From: Caldilineaceae bacterium
Lineage (GTDB): Bacteria > Chloroflexota > Anaerolineae > Caldilineales > Caldilineaceae
Assembly (NCBI GenBank): GCA_011523365.1
Contig: WTGY01000005.1
Coordinates: 5,651 to 69,650, forward strand
Direction of reading: 5' to 3'
Length of the DNA stretch: 64,000 nt
Shown one piece after another: positions 57,979-64,000 of the stretch (positions are counted from its first letter, which is position 1; each line of letters starts with the position of its first letter). The notes below the pieces were generated by a model. It was not told the origin of the DNA, searched no databases, and saw nothing but the letters and a program-made list of their open reading frames with translations. Both the position numbers and the translations under genes were made by a program.

Positions 57979-59538
57979 ATGTCCCGCACGCCGCATCTGA
58001 TCCGCTCCTCCTTTCTCGTCTTCTTCATTTTCGGGCTGGACAAGATAACGGGCTTCGTCAAGCTACTGCTGACGACCAGACTGTTTGGTACAGGTCCGGA
58101 GATTGACGCCTTTGCCACGGCCAACCAGATGCCGGAGCTCCTGCTGGCACTGCTCGCCGCGGGGGCCCTCTCGGCCGCGTTTATCCCTGTCTACTCAGGA
58201 TACCTGACGCAGTCGCGGCGCCGGGAGGCCGAATCGCTGGCAGGGACGGTGCTGACGCTGACATTGGTCGTGATGGGCGCAGCCTGTTTCCTGGCCATAC
58301 TGGCCGCGCCGTGGCTGGTCCGGGTTGTGCTGGCTCCCCATTTTCCTGCCGAGACACAGCAGCTCACAACTCAGATGATGCGGATCTTTCTGGCGGCCGC
58401 GGTGTTGATCAGTGTTTCAGGTGTGTTTGGAAGCGTGCTCCACTCGCACCAGCACTTTCTGACGCCAGCGTTGGGAAGGGTACTGATCGACCTGGGACAG
58501 ATTGCGGGGATGGTCCTGCTCGTGCCTGTTTGGGGCGTCTACGGCATGGCCTGGGGCAGCGTTGTGGGCGCGGCGCTGACGGTCCTGGTCCAAGTTCCGG
58601 CCCTGGTGCGGCAGAGAGTGCGCCTGCGATTGCAGATCAGTCTGCGGCTCGAAGGTGTGCGGGAAGTGGGGCGTCTGATGGGCCCGCGGATCGTTACGCT
58701 GGGCGCGTTTCAGGCGGTTGACCTGGTCTTCATACGCCTGGCTTCTGCTCTGCCGGCGGGCAGCATCGCGGCTTTCCACTACGCTATGCTGGTGATGCTG
58801 TCGATGCCGAAATCTCTTTTTGGCGCGGCGATATCGACGGTGATCTTTCCGACGATGGCCGAGCAGTACAATATGGGATCGGGGCGGCGGCTGCGTCAGA
58901 CTGTCACGCATGGATTGCGGGCGACGTGGCTGCTGCTGCTTCCGGCCGCGGTGGGCCTGCTGGTCCTGGGAAGGCCGGCGGTGGCATTTTTGCTGGAAAG
59001 GGGGGAATTTGGGCCTGAATCAACCGCTCTGGTCTATCTGCTGATGGCGATTTTTTCGGTTCGCCTGCTGGGGGAAGCGTCGTACGACGTGCTCGCGCTG
59101 ACCTTCTTCGCCCAGCACAATACGCGGGTACCGATGTGGGCGACGCTGGGATGGATGGTTGTGAACGCGGGATTGAGCGTTCTTCTTGTCGGGCCGTTTG
59201 GCATCGCCGGACTGGCATGGGCCACTTCAGTTGCAGGCGCGGCACTGGCGGCGGCAATGTTCGGGCTCAATCTGCGGGTGGGCGGTGTGGACGTTTCGAT
59301 GCTGGGGGCGACATTGGGACGCGCGCTTGTGAGCAGCCTGGGAATGTGCGGAGTGGTATTGCTGCTGCACCAGCTGCGGATGCCGCCTGCGCTCTTCATA
59401 CTGGCCGGTGCGAGCGGAGGCGGGTTTGTGTTTTTCGGTGTGTACCTCCTGCTGGGCGGTAGGGAGATCCTAACGGTGTTGGGGCACCTGCGGCGCGGGC
59501 TGCAGGGCGGGATCGGTTTGAAAGTTCAGACAGACTGA
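57979..59538 (+). CDS. murJ: lipid II flippase MurJ (MviN)
   Basis: 519 aa, about 14 TM segments. N-terminal GFVKLLLTTRLFG..EIDAF motif typical of MurJ. Confidence 0.9.
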   Translation: MSRTPHLIRSSFLVFFIFGLDKITGFVKLLLTTRLFGTGPEIDAFATANQMPELLLALLAAGALSAAFIPVYSGYLTQSRRREAESLAGTVLTLTLVVMGAACFLAILAAPWLVRVVLAPHFPAETQQLTTQMMRIFLAAAVLISVSGVFGSVLHSHQHFLTPALGRVLIDLGQIAGMVLLVPVWGVYGMAWGSVVGAALTVLVQVPALVRQRVRLRLQISLRLEGVREVGRLMGPRIVTLGAFQAVDLVFIRLASALPAGSIAAFHYAMLVMLSMPKSLFGAAISTVIFPTMAEQYNMGSGRRLRQTVTHGLRATWLLLLPAAVGLLVLGRPAVAFLLERGEFGPESTALVYLLMAIFSVRLLGEASYDVLALTFFAQHNTRVPMWATLGWMVVNAGLSVLLVGPFGIAGLAWATSVAGAALAAAMFGLNLRVGGVDVSMLGATLGRALVSSLGMCGVVLLLHQLRMPPALFILAGASGGGFVFFGVYLLLGGREILTVLGHLRRGLQGGIGLKVQTD

Positions 59539-59570
59539 CAGTCCGGCAATTGACATCAACGCGGGCGTTC

Positions 59571-60356
59571 CTAGACTCCAAGCACGACGCGTTGGGCTTC
59601 GCTGATGCGGGCGGCCGTCTCGGGTCGTAGCAGACCGCGCTGGTCGGTCTGCGGTTTGAGGTCGCGGCGGCAGTAGTAGCAATGAAGGGCACGGCGAGGG
59701 CTGTCCGAGCGGTTGACGGTTCCCCCGTGCCAGGTAAAGGCGTTGAAAACGAAGACCGTACCGGCTTCTCCCTGCACGAGGATTTCGTCAGGGTGGGGCG
59801 CCTTCGGATCCTCCATACCTTCGCCAGGATCCAGACCGAACAAGTGCGAGCCGGGAACAAGCCGAGTGGCGCCATTTTCAGGCGTGAAATCGCTCAGCAG
59901 CCAGATCGAGTTGCAGACGTTATAGCGCCGGCGGCCGTCTTTCAACTCGGGCGCGAAATCCGCACTGCTATGGGAGCCATCGCAGTGCAGAGCCTGCAAG
60001 CCATGGCCCGGAAGAGCGGCGCGTGCATTGAGCGAAGACAGTTTCAGATCGCCTTCGAGTACATGGGCCATGGCGGCCAACACCTTCGGGTTGGCCCAGA
60101 CTTGATCGAACAACGGATCCTTATTTGCCAGGTTGGCAAGCCGGTCGGTGCCATCCTCCTGGTGCACCTCCTTGCCGGCGTCCTCGCCTTCTTCGTCTTC
60201 CAATTCTTGTAGACGATTACGAAGCGCTTGCACCTGCGCGGGCGTCAGAATACCCGGAAGCGGCAAGTAACCGTCCTCATCGAGGGACCTTTTTTCGCCG
60301 GCCGACAGCGTGTCATCGCGCACGCCGAGAGTATACAATGCGGTTCTAATGTCCAT
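59571..60356 (-). CDS. phytanoyl-CoA dioxygenase (PhyH) family protein
   Basis: LHCDG (HxD) and NAFTWHGG motifs. The ATG at 60356 is preceded by AGAGGG. The ORF-track TTG start at 60398 overlaps the upstream gene. Confidence 0.8.
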   Translation of the reverse strand: MDIRTALYTLGVRDDTLSAGEKRSLDEDGYLPLPGILTPAQVQALRNRLQELEDEEGEDAGKEVHQEDGTDRLANLANKDPLFDQVWANPKVLAAMAHVLEGDLKLSSLNARAALPGHGLQALHCDGSHSSADFAPELKDGRRRYNVCNSIWLLSDFTPENGATRLVPGSHLFGLDPGEGMEDPKAPHPDEILVQGEAGTVFVFNAFTWHGGTVNRSDSPRRALHCYYCRRDLKPQTDQRGLLRPETAARISEAQRVVLGV

Positions 60357-60382
60357 CACCCTCTTGCCCCCATTTTCGGCGC

Positions 60383-61528
60383 TTAGCCCAACCGCCAAGC
60401 GTCTGTGTCGACGTGTTCAAGCTGACCGGAGCCGGCGGAGCGCACGCCTGCGTCCAGTATGGCCATTACTTCCAAGTTGAATTCGAGAGCCAGCGTCTGG
60501 TGCAAGGGGTCGCCGGTCTGCAGCCGGTGGATGAACTCCTGAGCGATGTCGGAACGGTCGGCAGGAAGGGGATCACAGTCGTGTAACTCGGTTCGACCTG
60601 CGCCCCTCTCTATGCGTACTTTGGGGGACTCACCGGGCTTCTCCTTATCGACCACGAGTGTGCCTTCCGTCGCGTAGACGATCGGCCCTGGGGATACGCC
60701 GTGGTCGAGGGTCGTCCAGGAGGCTTCACAGATTGCCATAGCCTGGGGGAAGCGTATGATCATGGCGGCGTTGTCCTCGGCATCGCCCCATTTGCTGTTC
60801 AGATTGGCGCGCATTCCCATGGCGGCAGTGGCGGGTTGGCCCACGAGCCAGCGGGCGACCAGCGAGCCGTAGCAGCAGTAGTCGAGCATGACGCCACCGC
60901 CGGCGGCAGACTGATGCCACCAGGTGGCGCCGCGTTCGACGCCTGACAGTTTGCGCGGGAGTTCACGGCCTTCCTCGTCGCCGCCCGGATGGGAGACGCC
61001 GGCGCCCAGCGGACCGAGGTGGCCGCCGCGGAACTTGACGGTCAACACGCGGCCAATTGCGCCGCCATCGATCAAGTCCTTGGCTTTGTGGGCGGCGGGT
61101 TGCCACGTTGTCGGCCAGTTGACGATCAGTTCGATACCGGCGGCGCGGGCAGAGCGGGCCATCCGGAGGCCGTCCTGCAAAGAGGCTGCCATCGGCTTTT
61201 CGACAAGGACATGCACGCCTCTTTGCGCACAGGCTTCCACCACCGCCGGGTGCTGCGCGTTTTCGGAGCAGCAGATTACGATGTCGAGCGACTCCTGCTG
61301 CAACATCTCGTTGTAGTCGTCATAGATTTTCGGGATCCCCAGATCGTCCACAGCATGGCGCAGGTTCCAGTCGCGCGTATAGTGGGCCGTGCGCAGTTCG
61401 GGGACCAGACGGGGCGTGTCGGCGCAGGCAGCCAGTTCGGCCTGGGGATGGGCAGCGAAGCGCTCGACCAGATGGTTGATGTGCATATGGGCAAAGCCGA
61501 CGACGCCTATACGAAAGTTGTTGGCCAT
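60383..61528 (-). CDS. Gfo/Idh/MocA family oxidoreductase
   Basis: FRIGVVGFAHMH Rossmann N-terminus, VEKPMA motif, GGAGAA SD. Confidence 0.85.
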   Translation of the reverse strand: MANNFRIGVVGFAHMHINHLVERFAAHPQAELAACADTPRLVPELRTAHYTRDWNLRHAVDDLGIPKIYDDYNEMLQQESLDIVICCSENAQHPAVVEACAQRGVHVLVEKPMAASLQDGLRMARSARAAGIELIVNWPTTWQPAAHKAKDLIDGGAIGRVLTVKFRGGHLGPLGAGVSHPGGDEEGRELPRKLSGVERGATWWHQSAAGGGVMLDYCCYGSLVARWLVGQPATAAMGMRANLNSKWGDAEDNAAMIIRFPQAMAICEASWTTLDHGVSPGPIVYATEGTLVVDKEKPGESPKVRIERGAGRTELHDCDPLPADRSDIAQEFIHRLQTGDPLHQTLALEFNLEVMAILDAGVRSAGSGQLEHVDTDAWRLG

Positions 61529-61564
61529 GAATAGTTCTCCAATTCGGGGACAGCTGATTCTTCC

Positions 61565-61777
61565 TCAGTTCGCCCTGTCTGACGCGCGAGACAGGCCCAT
61601 GGACTCCAGATCGCCTGTCCATTGCAGTTGACCACGCAAGCTGCGGACTTGCTCCTGCGATTTCAACTTTACAAGCAGACGCAAGGCGCTTTCGATCACT
61701 TCACATATTGTGGTCGCTCCTGAAAAGGACATCGCGTCCTCGATCAACTTTTCGTCAAGTTCGATGTTGATACACAT
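61565..61777 (-). CDS. VapB-type (DUF2191-like) type II antitoxin homolog, no cognate toxin adjacent
   Basis: 70 aa. NIELDEKLIEDAM...EVIESALRLLVKLKSQE...LRGQLQWTGDL resembles ribbon-helix-helix VapB/DUF2191 antitoxins. Confidence 0.65.
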   Translation of the reverse strand: MCINIELDEKLIEDAMSFSGATTICEVIESALRLLVKLKSQEQVRSLRGQLQWTGDLESMGLSRASDRAN

Positions 61778-61893
61778 TCGAATTCTTCGCTGACTATAGA
61801 TAACTCACAGTATGCGGGACAATTCTCGCTCAGACCAACCTGTTGCCGACCACGCTGTTGAATGCGCAGACGAAGACTGCGCAGGTTTAGCCG

Positions 61894-63003
61894 CTAGAAG
61901 GTCGTGCGCAAGGCCTGGGCAGTACCGGACTGCGACGAGCGGTAGGCGCCGTCGAATATCTCGATGACGTGACGGGCGTGCTCAGCGGTGGAGGTGGTGG
62001 GGATGTCCTCCCTTATCCAGTCTACGAGCTGCATTACATCCTCGTAGACGTGCGACTCCTCAAGGCCGCGATGGTCGCCCACGACGTGCGGCAGCGAGGC
62101 ACTCGGGTCGATGGCATCATCCAGTTCGCGGCCTGGGTAGTCGAACGGTTCGCCATTCAGGGTGCTACCGTTGATGACCCCTTCGGTTCCGAAAATGAGC
62201 GGACGGCCCATATTGGGGAGACCGCCAGCGGCCACGCCGTAGACGAAGGCGAAGAGACTGTCGCCAAAGTCGAGGACCATCAGCGTATTGTCATCCATGT
62301 CGGTCGGCAACATCTGGCCGTAGAATTCCCGCTCTTTGACGCGTACGCCAGAGAACGCGGTAACGGCCTTGGCAGGCCCGAGGATTCCCGTCATAGCGTG
62401 CAGGCCGTAGACGGTCATATCGTAAAGCGGTCCGCCGCCGGGTTTGCGGAAGTACCAGGCGGGGTTGACGTTGGTCAGAGGATCGTCGCCGCCGCGGACT
62501 CGCTCATTTTCGTGGTAGCGGCCGAAGGCGGCGCCGGTGACAGCCCAGGTCAGTCTCCCCAACACACCCTCCTCGATCATCTCCTTGATACGTTGATGGG
62601 CCGGCCGCAACATTTCACCGGGACAGGAGACCAGCTTGACGCCTTTGGCCGCGGCCGCGGCGATCAGTTGATCGGCCTCGTCCACGGTGGTGGTCATCGA
62701 CTTGTTGAAGTGAACGTGAAGCCCGGCATCGACACACTGCATTCCATGCTCAAAATGAAAGCCGATAGGGGAAGCGATCGAGACGGCGTCAACGGTGCCT
62801 GAATCCAAGAGTTCTTCGGCGCTGGCATAAAAGTTGGGCACGCCAAACTTGGCCGCGGCGGCCTCGGCCCTGTCCAAGACAGGGTCGCACACGGCGGTTA
62901 CGTTGACCCGGTCTTGCACATCTTCCATGGTCAGGTGAGGCAACAGCCCGCGAAGCGATATGCTGCCGGTACCGATAATTCCCAAACGGACTATGTCTGT
63001 CAT
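61894..63003 (-). CDS. Gfo/Idh/MocA family oxidoreductase
   Basis: The ATG at 63003 gives MTDIVRLGIIGTGSIS (Rossmann). The upstream part of the 565-aa ORF-track entry is out-of-frame overlap with the epimerase gene. Confidence 0.85.
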   Translation of the reverse strand: MTDIVRLGIIGTGSISLRGLLPHLTMEDVQDRVNVTAVCDPVLDRAEAAAAKFGVPNFYASAEELLDSGTVDAVSIASPIGFHFEHGMQCVDAGLHVHFNKSMTTTVDEADQLIAAAAAKGVKLVSCPGEMLRPAHQRIKEMIEEGVLGRLTWAVTGAAFGRYHENERVRGGDDPLTNVNPAWYFRKPGGGPLYDMTVYGLHAMTGILGPAKAVTAFSGVRVKEREFYGQMLPTDMDDNTLMVLDFGDSLFAFVYGVAAGGLPNMGRPLIFGTEGVINGSTLNGEPFDYPGRELDDAIDPSASLPHVVGDHRGLEESHVYEDVMQLVDWIREDIPTTSTAEHARHVIEIFDGAYRSSQSGTAQALRTTF

Positions 63004-63071
63004 TTTTTCTACTCGTAATTGTGTGATTGGACGGGATTGAGTGAACAAGGACGGTAAGATTAGGGATGGCC

Positions 63072-63958
63072 TTACAGTTTTCGCCATGAAGTGCGGTGCC
63101 GCCAGCCGACAGCCTGCCTGAGTTTCTGGTTTGACAGCAGCGATTGGTGTCCTTCGAGGCTGGCGGCCAAGGGGGCAAGCGGTGGGTTGAAGCGTTCCAC
63201 AAGCTCCTTTGTCGGTTCGAGCGCGGTGGTGTCGTCTGCGTTGAGGAAGTAGACGTCGTGTACGGGCAGGTCGGGCGCGGCCTCCATAAGCAGACGGTGA
63301 GCGCCGGCGACATCCTCGCTGCCGACCCAGCAGTAGAGCCAGGGATTCCAGGCGGCGGCCGGTTTGGCCTGGGAAGCCATTTGGCGGCGGCGCTCCGGGG
63401 GCAGACGCCGGCGATGCGGGTGACGAAGGTGCGAATGCCGTAGGAGCGGCTGAATGAGGCGAGCAGGTCTTCTCCCGCGCGCTTGGAGTAGCTGTAGGAA
63501 TCTTCGGGGAGGGTAGGATGCGTCTCGTCGATGGGCAGGAAATCGATGGGAAAGGGGGTGTCGCTGATGCGGAAGCCGTGGCCCAGGGCACAGTTGCTGC
63601 CGGCCATGACGACAGTTTTCACGCCGGCTTCGACGGCAGCCTGCATCAGGTAGTAGGTGCCGAGCATGTTGCTGCGGAAAGTGGCATCAAAAGGCAGACA
63701 TTCATCTTCGACCCGCCCTTTCATTGCCGGATGGTCGGTGGGCCAGGGCTGGGCACCGATGTGCTGGATGGCGTCGACCCCGTCTACGGCCCGACGGCAG
63801 TCGTCCCAGCTGGCCAGATCACCGCTGATCCAAGGAAACTGCGAAAACTCGGAATCGGGGCAGCTACGAGACATTAGAACGAGTTCGTATTCTTGCGCGA
63901 GTGCGCGGATAACGTAGGCGCCCAGTTTACCGCTGGCGCCGGTGATCAGTACTTTCAT
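63072..63958 (-). pseudogene. NAD-dependent epimerase/dehydratase gene interrupted by a single frameshift (or assembly error)
   Basis: The N-terminal 190 aa (MKVLITGASGKLG...YSYSK...) are in one frame. The C-terminal ~100 aa (WLYCWVGSEDVAGAH...) are in another frame (ORF 63072-63380). The junction is near the G5 run at 63397-63401. Confidence 0.7.
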
Positions 63959-64000
63959 GATGCAATTGCGGTGCGGAGTGGTGGTGTTTCGAAGATTTTA

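Noticed and set aside
62789-63591. The 565-aa ORF (61894-63591) and the C-terminal half of the 389-aa ORF (62789-63958) as real extended proteins
   Set aside because: The extensions are Pro/Arg/Ala-rich nonsense overlapping each other in different frames. Rossmann N-termini at 63003 and 63958, and the separate C-terminal epimerase frame, explain the region better.

Overview
High-GC bacterial chromosomal segment (GC judged by eye, not computed). It is densely coding, with about 55 CDS. I saw no rRNA, tRNA, CRISPR array, transposase, reverse transcriptase or prophage genes. Gene content in order: (1) housekeeping genes (ABC exporter, M23 peptidase, trmD, RRM-type RNA-binding protein). (2) A long + strand catabolic block at 8.4-27.4 kb: FdrA, DUF1116, cyclase, a three-subunit Mo-hydroxylase with an embedded membrane protein, an N-carbamoyl amidohydrolase, dihydropyrimidinase and a NitT/TauT-type ABC importer interrupted by a sulfatase. 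(3) Sugar-modification and glycosyltransferase genes. (4) A lone Xer-like recombinase, D-aminoacylase and an S8 protease. (5) gatC-gatA. (6) A nirA-narK-narB nitrate assimilation operon. (7) A LysM-PA14 secreted protein, murJ, and an oxidoreductase block with a frameshifted epimerase. The least explained signal is a non-coding repeat family with four same-strand copies in four of the five longest intergenic gaps. Each copy has a nearly invariant ~60-nt double-hairpin core followed by a tail of heptanucleotide tandem repeats, and the copies carry two different 5' extensions. I do not recognise it as a named family. The second clear signal is a four-segment terminator/antiterminator leader upstream of gatC. 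Everything rests on reading the sequence and on motif recognition; no searches were run. Start codons are often uncertain, and several ORF-track N-termini overlap promoters or terminators and were shortened.
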